A DNA stretch of 44,925 nt, taken from the IMG/VR virus record IMGVR_UViG_3300010375_000005, positions 1 to 44,925 of that record, one strand, 5' to 3'. The notes under the pieces were generated by a model. That model was not told the DNA's origin. It worked only from the letters and a program-made list of their open reading frames with translations, and ran no database searches. Below are positions 1 to 7,674 of this stretch, in pieces. Position numbers and translations under genes: made by a program. The number at the start of each line of letters is the position of its first letter. The stretch's first letter is position 1. Origin of the DNA: a virus.

Positions 1-123
1 CTTCAATTCCCGGCTGAATGATGTTGCATCGACCGCAACGTCATTAAACATCTTTCCCGGCCTGGATGCTGTTTTTATTTGCCTTTCAATGTAATTTAAT
101 GGCGGCAAATCATATCCCGGTTC
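1..123. repeat. Terminal direct duplication (copy 1), identical to 44803..44925; a circular-assembly overlap
   Basis: Read base by base: cttcaattcccggctgaatg...catatcccggttc occurs at both window ends. Confidence 0.95.
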
Positions 124-846
124 ATCAAATCCAATATCGCGGGGATGATCGAACATAATACACCATGTTGATAACCACGCGTAAAATGATTCTTTTGCGT
201 GTCCTTTCAAACGGTAATTATTCATACCCTCGTCGCGAACAAACCATTTAGACCGCATATCCTGGCTATCCAACACGCCTAAAAATTCGGAGTGATTGCC
301 ATATTCATTCAGGTCGTTTGGGGACGGCGTTGCGCTGCATGGTAATTTGAATGGCGTGCGCAAAAAAGTATCCATTAAAAACTTTTTAGTTTCACCTGTA
401 AAGTTTTTAAGGATACTGCTTTCATCGAGTATTACGCCGGAAAATTCATCAATAAGATATAGAAATAGATGTAATGAATCGTAATTGATCGCCCAAATAT
501 GGCAAGACAGCAGGTCCTCTTTTGTGATCCCTTTATAAAGCTCCCGAACTTCATAACCAAATTTAGGCGCTTCATCCTCAATCGTTTGACCAATTACAGC
601 AAGCGGGGCCAAAAGAAGTACAGGCATTCCTGTGTGCTTTGAAACTTGCGTACCCCATTCCAGTTGTTGGATTGTTTTACCTGCACCTGGTGGCTCAAAC
701 AATCCGAAACGGCCATGAAAAAGTGCCTTTTGTACTGAAAATTTTTGAAACCCCTTTAACATTGGGTTAAGTTGCTCAAGTGAAATATCAAATCCTGTAG
801 GAATTGCTTTTACTTTTTTACTTTCGAGTAAGTCGGTGTAATCCAT
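1..846 (-). CDS. SNF2/DEAD-like helicase fused to a DNA methyltransferase, N-terminal 282 codons. The ORF wraps the window ends and continues at 44802..43174.
   Basis: Own translation from the ATG at 846: MDYTDLLESKKVKAIPTGF. Motifs seen: FEPPGAGKTIQQLEW (Walker A), GVILDESSILKN (DExx box) and LPCSATPSPN (motif III). The frame is open to base 1 and in frame with the ORF-track protein at 44910. Confidence 0.8.
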   Translation of the reverse strand, partial: MDYTDLLESKKVKAIPTGFDISLEQLNPMLKGFQKFSVQKALFHGRFGLFEPPGAGKTIQQLEWGTQVSKHTGMPVLLLAPLAVIGQTIEDEAPKFGYEVRELYKGITKEDLLSCHIWAINYDSLHLFLYLIDEFSGVILDESSILKNFTGETKKFLMDTFLRTPFKLPCSATPSPNDLNEYGNHSEFLGVLDSQDMRSKWFVRDEGMNNYRLKGHAKESFYAWLSTWCIMFDHPRDIGFDEPGYDLPPLNYIERQIKTASRPGKMFNDVAVDATSFSRELK

Positions 847-850
847 ATAG

Positions 851-2056
851 TTACGCTATTAATATTGGCATCAACAAACATAAATTTTTCTTATCCGGAT
901 TAACATGCCGACTACCGTCGGTAATAATCATAGCCCGGCGTGGTGTGCTGAATGAAAACCATACTTCATCAGTTGACATTGAGTTAAGTATTTCAAGTAA
1001 AAACTCTCCATTGGCCCCAATTAGCAATTCCTGACCGTTAGCCATTGCGCCTGGTATGGTTTCACTGGCCTCCTCTGAATAGTCGATGTTTTCAGCTGTT
1101 ATGTGCATCAGGTCCGTGCAGATATTCAGTTTTACCAACTTGCCAATGTCACTAAATGGTAAAACCCGCTTAAGCGAATTAATTAATCCAGATCGTGAAG
1201 TTACAAAATCAGTGTCATTGTCAATGGGCGTTACGGCTAAATAATCAGGAAATTTTTCGTCTATCAATAGCAACGTGGCCCGTATCAGCCCCCAACTAAT
1301 TGATAATGCCGACTTACTTATCGATAGAGACAAATCACCAACCGGATTAAGTGCAATTATCTGCTGCAATGCCTTTTTAGGGATGATAAAATTGGCATCA
1401 AAATCAAGTTCTGATTGTGCCGTACAGGTTGATACCATATTAAAATCAAGTGCCGTACAAGTCACCTTTCCTGGCTCAATTCGCACGTTTACTCCCGTTG
1501 CCGATGGCCTCAATTGATCTTCCGAAACAGCGAACATGACACGGTTAACCATTTGCAATAATGCACCGGCCGGCAAAGTAAATTCGCGCGGGTCGATATT
1601 TGATATTTTAGGAAAATCTTCGCCTGGTTCGCACGGGATTGAACATTTGCCGTGGGCGCCTTTGATAAGTAGGTGTAGTTCTATCTGTTCCGGAGACTTT
1701 ATAAATTCTGTTTCGGTATGGGGATTGATTGCCATTTCAGCCGGAATTATATTTTTCTCAATCTCGAAAAGCAATAACTCGTTCACCGACTTAGCAATAT
1801 AGTCCTGCAATTTACGGCCTGGTATACAGATGCGAAAGTCCTGAATTGAAGTATTAATTTCGATTTCAGTGGCAATAACTATCCGCATATCGCAAGCCTC
1901 AATTTGAAGTTTTCCGGGCGATATAACGAATAAAAACATTTCGTTAATGGGAATAATTTTACTATCGCCTAATGCCTTTGAGCAGATGGATAGTGCTTTG
2001 TTTAGCGTCGATTGCTGGACGGTAAACGATGGGTTTGTTGTGGGTTTTTTGGCCAT
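851..2056 (-). CDS. dnaN: DNA polymerase III beta sliding clamp
   Basis: 401 aa with a clamp-like N-terminus (FTVQQSTLNKAL...IIPINEMFLFV). LIDEKFPDY matches E. coli LVDGRFPDY. Length fits three domains. Confidence 0.85.
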   Translation of the reverse strand: MAKKPTTNPSFTVQQSTLNKALSICSKALGDSKIIPINEMFLFVISPGKLQIEACDMRIVIATEIEINTSIQDFRICIPGRKLQDYIAKSVNELLLFEIEKNIIPAEMAINPHTETEFIKSPEQIELHLLIKGAHGKCSIPCEPGEDFPKISNIDPREFTLPAGALLQMVNRVMFAVSEDQLRPSATGVNVRIEPGKVTCTALDFNMVSTCTAQSELDFDANFIIPKKALQQIIALNPVGDLSLSISKSALSISWGLIRATLLLIDEKFPDYLAVTPIDNDTDFVTSRSGLINSLKRVLPFSDIGKLVKLNICTDLMHITAENIDYSEEASETIPGAMANGQELLIGANGEFLLEILNSMSTDEVWFSFSTPRRAMIITDGSRHVNPDKKNLCLLMPILIA

Positions 2057-2057
2057 C

Positions 2058-2234
2058 TTATTTTAGTTGGTATTTATGAATGTGTGTTGCGGTGTTAACC
2101 ACTGATTGCATTTTTCCTTTTAAATACACCCTATCAATACCATCGTATTCAGGGCCTTTTGCTATTCCCTCTGAAATGGCGTGAAGTTTTTTTTCAACCT
2201 CAAATATTAGGTCGCGTATTTCGGTTGCTTTCAT
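2058..2234 (-). CDS. Hypothetical protein (58 aa)
   Basis: The internal ATG at 2234 overlaps the upstream stop as TAATG. The track's longer start would overlap the upstream gene by 70 nt. Confidence 0.5.
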   Translation of the reverse strand: MKATEIRDLIFEVEKKLHAISEGIAKGPEYDGIDRVYLKGKMQSVVNTATHIHKYQLK

Positions 2235-2527
2235 TACATGAAGTTGTATGAGCGGTTTCTTATTTCGGTTAATTTGTTTTGGAAGTCGGAAAGCGTTATG
2301 CATTCGGCGAATTGGGCAACGGTGTATTCGGTGTTAAGTTTTTCGATATAGGCATCCGGTGCCTCATAGTTTTCAAGCGCATAATTAACTTCCGTTTGCG
2401 CAGCATCTTCTGCCATTTTTAAGATGGAATTAATCATTTCATCTTTTCTTTTATCAACAGGAAGCGTTTTTATCCTGTCCATTTCAGCCTCAATTTCCTC
2501 GACTGTCAGGTCAATGTCTACTTTCAT
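2234..2527 (-). CDS. Hypothetical acidic protein (97 aa)
   Basis: ORF in the operon, tightly spaced; no recognisable motif. Confidence 0.55.
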   Translation of the reverse strand: MKVDIDLTVEEIEAEMDRIKTLPVDKRKDEMINSILKMAEDAAQTEVNYALENYEAPDAYIEKLNTEYTVAQFAECITLSDFQNKLTEIRNRSYNFM

Positions 2528-2534
2528 ATTTATA

Positions 2535-3047
2535 TTATTTAATTCTGTTTAAGTTGGCAAACTCGCCATGTAATTCAATTGCTTTTTTATTATATGCTAA
2601 AGCAGCATCTCGTTCTGAATCAAAACAGCCTAAATGAATAGTAATTCCATTTGATCTAACCCTACTAAAAAACTTATTCTTTTTAGATTTTGGTATAGCA
2701 GAAACACCCAAATATTGAGAACTTGATCCTTTGGCAGATGTTCTATTTCTTACATTTTGAGTATCAGTAGCCGCTCTTAAGTTTTCAATTCTGTCATCGG
2801 TAGTAATATGATTTTTATGATCAATCAATTTGGGTAAATATCCATTATGATACAGAAAAATAATTCTGTATCTAAAATATAGCCTTCCATTTATATATAA
2901 AATCCATCTATCTCCGTCATTTCTTTTTGATAAACATCCCGCAATAGCACCCCGTTTACACCTCCTTGTTTTTGGATTTTTATTGATCAAATATCCATCT
3001 TTTCGGTAGTCAAATAAATATTTTACTAATTCCTGTGTAATTTCCAT
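2535..3047 (-). CDS. HNH homing endonuclease with a C-terminal AP2 DNA-binding domain
   Basis: NHITTDDRIENLRAATDTQNVRN is an HNH core. YLGVS...FFSRVRSNGITIHLGCFDSERDAALAYNKKAIELHGEFA is AP2-like. Confidence 0.8.
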   Translation of the reverse strand: MEITQELVKYLFDYRKDGYLINKNPKTRRCKRGAIAGCLSKRNDGDRWILYINGRLYFRYRIIFLYHNGYLPKLIDHKNHITTDDRIENLRAATDTQNVRNRTSAKGSSSQYLGVSAIPKSKKNKFFSRVRSNGITIHLGCFDSERDAALAYNKKAIELHGEFANLNRIK

Positions 3048-3168
3048 AAACTAAAATGCCATTAATCGGGTTCATGCCGCAAGACAATCCCCCAGTTAAT
3101 GGCTTTTAAACTTCTTATTTCCGCTTGCGGTCGGTATGTAAATATAAGAAATTTTTTACTTAAAAGCC

Positions 3169-3849
3169 TTATATTTTGCGAAGATTTTCGTTATATATTT
3201 TGATATTTTCTTGCAAGGTAATCGCGGCAGCTTGCAATATCGCTACCCATTCAGCAACAGGTTTGCAGTTTGGTTTTGCTTTTGTGCCCATGTCAACAAT
3301 ACTCTCCCGTGTCAGGCAGCGAACAAATAAGGGGTGTTCGCATTCAGGCCTGTATGAGCCGAAATAGCATTTTTCGAGCAGCGGGTTAACGGTAAACGCG
3401 TGCAAACACTGATCGATATTATCATCAGGGATAATGCCCCCGTATAGCGTTGCGGCGTGTTTGCTCTTATCAGGACATTTAATCTCGCAGGATATGGTTA
3501 GATCAGCCGTAACCCCATCAGGCGAAATTCCTAAAATAGGGATAACCGTAGATTGCAGCCAGCCAACGGGCAATAATTCAACCCCGATATATTTTGACAT
3601 TTCGGCACGGGCTTGCGGTTCAAGGTCCTTACCGCGTTGCATGTCTGCGTTTACATATCCTTCATCCTCAACGTAGAATGGTTCCAAGTGGCATGAGCCA
3701 ATGTGATTGATTAACGTTTCGGGCTTGCCTAACAGGCTTTTAGCAAGAACGCCGCCTACTTTGCCCCAACGGATTTGGTGCCATGCCTCTGACCCCTGCT
3801 CGATTTCGAAATGGGCGATTACGCCGGGGAATGTTTGTTGTGTTTTCAT
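3169..3849 (-). CDS. YqaJ-type (lambda Exo-like) recombination exonuclease
   Basis: GSEAWHQIRWGKVGG is the N-terminal YqaJ motif. ISPDG...CEIKCP is a PD-(D/E)xK core. Confidence 0.75.
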   Translation of the reverse strand: MKTQQTFPGVIAHFEIEQGSEAWHQIRWGKVGGVLAKSLLGKPETLINHIGSCHLEPFYVEDEGYVNADMQRGKDLEPQARAEMSKYIGVELLPVGWLQSTVIPILGISPDGVTADLTISCEIKCPDKSKHAATLYGGIIPDDNIDQCLHAFTVNPLLEKCYFGSYRPECEHPLFVRCLTRESIVDMGTKAKPNCKPVAEWVAILQAAAITLQENIKIYNENLRKI

Positions 3850-3977
3850 TGTTTAGTTTAAAAAAGTGTATGTTTTTGTTTGGTCTATAAATGTTACGAT
3901 ATATTTATATTTAATCCAGTTAAGATAATTGTTTTTATGCCCGTGAGACCAATGAATTAATGGGTGGGCCGAAACGA

Positions 3978-4514
3978 TCACTTCAATTCCCCTTTCAATT
4001 TATCAACCGCAGCTAAAACGGTTGGCAGTTTCTTTTCATCCGCAGATAATGAGGCCCAAACGACATTTAATGCGTCTTTTGTCTTTTCACATGCGTTCAG
4101 CTTCGCCAATGCAGACGTATCGGTTACCGCAGCCGGTGGGTAGTATTTTTTAAACCGGGCAACATAATCAAACCTGGTGTCCGGCATTGCCCAAAGTATT
4201 ACAGGAATGTTTAACCATTTCTCCATGTATGGACTGCCGGTTTCCTTTGCTAAGAATTTAGCGTTGGTGTTATTGAGTATGACGGGTTTGTAAATTGCCT
4301 TTCCGGATGGATATTCTTTTAAAAACAAGCCGGTCTTAATTGTTTTTTTGTTTTGGTTCTGGTCGTAAGTTTCCTTATCCTCAAAATGCGAAATAGTAAC
4401 AAGCATTTCCGGGCGCAAACCATGACCTAATGATTCGCCGAATTTTAAATCCTCGCCACTTATATAGCGGGGATCGAGGTTCTTTTTAAAGTGGGTTAGT
4501 GTTTCTGTTGCCAT
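3978..4514 (-). CDS. Hypothetical protein (178 aa). Its position suggests a recombination partner (SSAP or SSB) of the exonuclease.
   Basis: Sits next to the YqaJ exonuclease; no motif recognised. Confidence 0.6.
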   Translation of the reverse strand: MATETLTHFKKNLDPRYISGEDLKFGESLGHGLRPEMLVTISHFEDKETYDQNQNKKTIKTGLFLKEYPSGKAIYKPVILNNTNAKFLAKETGSPYMEKWLNIPVILWAMPDTRFDYVARFKKYYPPAAVTDTSALAKLNACEKTKDALNVVWASLSADEKKLPTVLAAVDKLKGELK

Positions 4515-4663
4515 TATTGTAGTTTTTTACTTTCCTCTTTGATGTAAGAAAGGATGTGAGAAATTTTGTTTAGAACTTGGGTGCTAATTACCTGACATTC
4601 GAGACTGGTAAAATCGGGAATTTCGAGATTTTTAAGCGAAAGGTACAAGTTTGTGGTTTTTGC

Positions 4664-4693
4664 TTTGCCATTATAATTTCGTGCTTAAATTTG
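4664..4693 (+). promoter_or_regulatory. Bacteroidota-type promoter, TTTG-18nt-TAAATTTG, with no annotated gene downstream
   Basis: TTTG at 4664-4667 and TAAATTTG at 4686-4693, inside a 286-bp non-coding gap between minus-strand genes. Confidence 0.5.
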
Positions 4694-4745
4694 TTTTCCT
4701 TATTTTATCCAACTCCTTATGAAGTTGCTTTACCCACTTGTTAAA

Positions 4746-4783
4746 GTCATTCCCGCTATATCCGGCGGGAATGACTGTTTTTT
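4746..4783 (+). terminator. Intrinsic terminator (11-bp stem plus T6)
   Basis: gtcattcccgc (4746-4756), loop tatatccg, gcgggaatgac (4765-4775), then tgtttttt. Confidence 0.7.
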
Positions 4784-4801
4784 GAGTTGATCGGCGTAAG
4801 T

Positions 4802-4999
4802 TTATAATTGACGCGTTGTATCAAGACCTAATTCTTTAAGTTGAGGCTCGAAAAATATTTTAAAAGCATTAAAATCAATTGCTTTAGCCAAATTATAACC
4901 GTCAAGTTTTGGGTTACCTCCGAATATAGGCTCATATTCCCTACCAAAACTATTGTACATATTACGAAGCTGATGTTCATTTATCTCAAATGTTTTCAT
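4802..4999 (-). CDS. Hypothetical protein (65 aa)
   Basis: ORF directly downstream of the 5003..5170 ORF. Confidence 0.55.
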   Translation of the reverse strand: MKTFEINEHQLRNMYNSFGREYEPIFGGNPKLDGYNLAKAIDFNAFKIFFEPQLKELGLDTTRQL

Positions 5000-5002
5000 C
5001 TT

Positions 5003-5170
5003 TTAGTCCTCCCAGTTAAACCAACTTTCCAAATATTCATCCTCATTGTCAATGAAGCCGCGATTATGGTTTTGAAAATCATCAATCTGTGATAATTCAA
5101 AGGGTGTCACATCAAGAACCGATTTAGATTCTGACTGAGTGGGTAATTTGATTTCTTTTTTCATTTTCAT
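5003..5170 (-). CDS. Hypothetical acidic protein (55 aa). It is below the track cutoff.
   Basis: Own translation: MKMKKEIKLPTQSESKSVLDVTPFELSQIDDFQNHNRGFIDNEDEYLESWFNWED*. It is the first gene after the consensus promoter at 5184-5214. Confidence 0.5.
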   Translation of the reverse strand: MKMKKEIKLPTQSESKSVLDVTPFELSQIDDFQNHNRGFIDNEDEYLESWFNWED

Positions 5171-5183
5171 TTGATTTGGTATG

Positions 5184-5214
5184 CAAATATACAGATAGGT
5201 TTTGAATTTGCAAA
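5184..5214 (-). promoter_or_regulatory. Consensus Bacteroidota promoter, TTTG-19nt-TATATTTG (minus strand)
   Basis: On the + strand, caaatata at 5184-5191 and caaa at 5211-5214. The leader to the ATG at 5170 is 13 nt. Confidence 0.7.
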
Positions 5215-5260
5215 TTTATTTTAGTAAATTTTTAATAATTTAATTATTTTAATTTAGTTC

Positions 5261-5290
5261 TTGCTTTATTAAATATTAGTTGTAGATTTG
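5261..5290 (+). promoter_or_regulatory. Promoter, TTGC-18nt-TAGATTTG, divergent from the promoter at 5184-5214
   Basis: TAGATTTG at 5283-5290, 5 nt before the ATG at 5296. Confidence 0.55.
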
Positions 5291-5295
5291 TGGCT

Positions 5296-5499
5296 ATGAA
5301 AGCGGTAATAGAAGAAATAGATTTGCATTCAATCAAACGAAGCGATGCTTTTGAGTTGCGAAATGAAATATTAAAGGCAACCAATAATAGCCTTTATTTC
5401 AACAATGATTATCCGAGATTAAAAGAATTGTATGAATTATTGACCGGGTGTTTTGAAAATTCTGTCAACGGTGTTCATACAGTTAGCAGACGAAATTAA
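5296..5499 (+). CDS. Hypothetical protein (67 aa)
   Basis: ATG at 5296 (MKAVIEEIDL...). The track's GTG at 5290 lies inside the -7 box. Confidence 0.55.
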   Translation: MKAVIEEIDLHSIKRSDAFELRNEILKATNNSLYFNNDYPRLKELYELLTGCFENSVNGVHTVSRRN

Positions 5500-5500
5500 T

Positions 5501-5698
5501 ATGGCAAAAGTAAAATTACGCAAGGGCACAAAATACCCGTTTAAGCATTTGGTAAAAATTGGTGAAAGTTTTACCATTACTGGTGCCGTTAAAAAAAATG
5601 TAACAGCTGCATACGCTATGTTTAAGGCCAAAAACAATATCGAATGCACTATTACCGAGTTTGAAAATAACACAATAACTGTACTTAGAACCGCATGA
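5501..5698 (+). CDS. Hypothetical basic protein (65 aa)
   Basis: ATG at 5501 (MAKVKLRKGTKYPF...), immediately after the upstream stop. Confidence 0.55.
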   Translation: MAKVKLRKGTKYPFKHLVKIGESFTITGAVKKNVTAAYAMFKAKNNIECTITEFENNTITVLRTA

Positions 5699-5901
5699 AA
5701 AAACACCGCATCCGCATCCTGCCATTTAATGGCGGCAGATACAAAGTTGAAGTTTTAGAACTTCGCAAATTTTGGTTTATCCGGCTTTGGATTTGTACTT
5801 TTACCACTTCCGGCGGATTAAATTTAATGCGTTCATACGCAAAGCAGCAGGCGGTTAATTATGGGGTACCTTATTCAGAAATTGAAGAGCTTAATCCGTA
5901 A
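5695..5901 (+). CDS. Hypothetical protein (68 aa)
   Basis: ATGA overlap with the upstream gene. Confidence 0.5.
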   Translation: MKKHRIRILPFNGGRYKVEVLELRKFWFIRLWICTFTTSGGLNLMRSYAKQQAVNYGVPYSEIEELNP

Positions 5902-5905
5902 TCCC

Positions 5906-6247
5906 ATGACATATAAACAATTTCAAATGAAACAATTAAAACGTGATGTAATTTCCTTTTTGGCAGTGATTGCTATTTTATTATGTTATGCCCTATCGAG
6001 TAAGGCTCAATCTCATTTACCTGATACGATAACGATAAGGATATCGAGCCGTGATTTATTTGCCATCTCGCAGCGTGTGGATAGCCTGCAAAACATCGTA
6101 TCGGCTGCCAGCGTGTTACCGGCCAATCAGATAACGGCGTTCAACCAGCGCCTTAATTTGGCCTTACAGGTAATGTATATACAGGTACAGCGGCAAATGG
6201 TTACTGATAAGCCAAAAGCGGCTACTAAGCCAGTTAAAAAGGAATAA
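5906..6247 (+). CDS. Secreted or membrane-anchored hypothetical protein (113 aa)
   Basis: Internal ATG at 5906. The N-terminal hydrophobic segment VISFLAVIAILLCYALSSKAQ resembles a signal peptide. Confidence 0.55.
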   Translation: MTYKQFQMKQLKRDVISFLAVIAILLCYALSSKAQSHLPDTITIRISSRDLFAISQRVDSLQNIVSAASVLPANQITAFNQRLNLALQVMYIQVQRQMVTDKPKAATKPVKKE

Positions 6248-6335
6248 AGATATTCCGAGCATACAGAGGACGTGTATCATATGCCTGTTTACTGGCCGCT
6301 TAATTGCGGCCTTTGGCAGTAAAAGACAATTCAAA

Positions 6336-6539
6336 ATGGAAAAAGAAATATATTATTGCTTAAGCGATAACGGTGATTTAAGTAACTTATATCTTGCCAA
6401 TATAGATGAGGTTAAATACCACATACTAAATGATATTGGCGATGTTGACCCAAATGATTTGGAAGATGTTGTTTATACTATAAAGATAGTAAAAATGACT
6501 TCTGATGAATTTGCAAGTCTGCCCGAATACGAATTTTAA
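6336..6539 (+). CDS. Hypothetical acidic protein (67 aa)
   Basis: ORF only. Confidence 0.5.
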   Translation: MEKEIYYCLSDNGDLSNLYLANIDEVKYHILNDIGDVDPNDLEDVVYTIKIVKMTSDEFASLPEYEF

Positions 6540-6563
6540 TAATTTAAAACAAAACAAATCAAA

Positions 6564-7109
6564 ATGAGCACAGAACAAACAGGCGCAGAAAAACCCGCCG
6601 AAACAACCCCAACCCCAACGCCTAAAAAACGCACATTGGTAGGAACTATCTTATCCGACATCGCCACCCCGTTCAACTGGGGAACAAAAGAGTTTGGTAT
6701 TATCGCAAAATCATTCGCCGGTGAAGATCCTAAAATACAGGCCGATTTAGCTGCAGTCTCCGGTATGCTTCAAATTATCAAACTTAACCTTTCCGAGGCG
6801 CCATTAGTCGTTATCTACCTGGTTAAAAAGGCATACCCGCAATTTGACGAGGCGAAAATACTAGCCCTGTTACAATCGGGCATTACCGACCTGTCATTGG
6901 CTGAAAAAATCGTCGGCGAAGATTTGCCAAGCTTTTTAACCAGCTTAGCACAACACGTATTAGGTACTACCGATACGGGTTGGAAGCTATTTTGGGACGG
7001 CTTATTTAAGGCCGTTGCGACTGTTGCCGTGCCTGGCACTATCTGGGAAAAGATAGTTACCTACGCTTCTTATGTGTATAACGTGTTGGTAAAACCGGCA
7101 GTAAAGTAA
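6564..7109 (+). CDS. Hypothetical protein (181 aa)
   Basis: ORF with a Pro/Thr-rich N-terminus (ETTPTPTPKK); no motif. Confidence 0.6.
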   Translation: MSTEQTGAEKPAETTPTPTPKKRTLVGTILSDIATPFNWGTKEFGIIAKSFAGEDPKIQADLAAVSGMLQIIKLNLSEAPLVVIYLVKKAYPQFDEAKILALLQSGITDLSLAEKIVGEDLPSFLTSLAQHVLGTTDTGWKLFWDGLFKAVATVAVPGTIWEKIVTYASYVYNVLVKPAVK

Positions 7110-7110
7110 A

Positions 7111-7317
7111 ATGAAACGGGTGGTTAAACGCAGATATTCCGAAACTGAATTTCCTGAAACGGTTGAGTTTTGGCAAGCGATTGAAAACGGCATAGTGGTT
7201 TTTGAAAACGTTTGCAGGGCTATCGTAAATGGCTATATGCTACGTAATAACATAGTTGGCAGGCCGTTTAAGACGTTCAGGAAATTAAGTGATGTTTACC
7301 CGGAATTGGCACATTAA
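7111..7317 (+). CDS. Hypothetical protein (68 aa)
   Basis: Starts 1 nt after the upstream stop. Confidence 0.5.
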   Translation: MKRVVKRRYSETEFPETVEFWQAIENGIVVFENVCRAIVNGYMLRNNIVGRPFKTFRKLSDVYPELAH

Positions 7318-7347
7318 AGCATCTTTTCATAATAAATTGGTTTAGGT

Positions 7348-7385
7348 AAGCCGCCAAGTCGCAAGGACGCAGGCGGCTTTTTTAT
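7348..7385. terminator. Intrinsic terminator between convergent genes
   Basis: aagccgcc (7348-7355), 16-nt loop, ggcggctt (7372-7379), then a T-run. Confidence 0.7.
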
Positions 7386-7670
7386 TTACCCTACCTGAAT
7401 ACCCCAAAAGTCCTCGGCCTTTTGCAATATCAGTACGGTAACACCCATATACTCCAATACCTGTTGCTTTACATCTACAGGTATTTCGGCTATGCCAGTA
7501 AACACAACTGGTATAATAACCGTAAAGAATGTGATCATCTTAAAAATTGCCTTAACGCGTTCAGGAGTTGGTAATGTCAATCCTGATAGCCCGATTACTG
7601 TTTTTGTTTTCGATTCGTCGGTAACTAATGGTTGTTGCACTACTACCGGATCGCTTGTTTGCTCTGTCAT
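7386..7670 (-). CDS. Small membrane protein, holin candidate
   Basis: Hydrophobic segments IFKMITFFTVIIPVVFTGIA and GVTVLIL. It is the last gene of the lysis cluster. Confidence 0.45.
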   Translation of the reverse strand: MTEQTSDPVVVQQPLVTDESKTKTVIGLSGLTLPTPERVKAIFKMITFFTVIIPVVFTGIAEIPVDVKQQVLEYMGVTVLILQKAEDFWGIQVG

Positions 7671-7674
7671 GATA

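Noticed and set aside
3875-3907. A TTTG-17nt-TATATTTA promoter-like match on the + strand, reading antisense into the 178-aa gene
   Set aside because: The -7 box ends in A, there is no downstream terminator or ORF, and matches of this kind are expected occasionally in AT-rich spacers. The evidence is insufficient.
3981-3991. An 11-mer cttcaattccc shared between 3981-3991 and the terminal repeat (1-11 / 44803-44813)
   Set aside because: A single short match inside coding sequence on both sides, with no extension. It is consistent with chance.
4700-4823. A protein-like minus-strand frame (...NDFNKWVKQLHKELDKIRKTNLSTKL*) downstream of the 65-aa gene, possibly reached by frameshifting
   Set aside because: The frame has no ATG, GTG or TTG start, and no slippery site exists between its upstream stop (4823-4821) and the 65-aa gene stop. 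The region is better explained by the + strand promoter/terminator unit.
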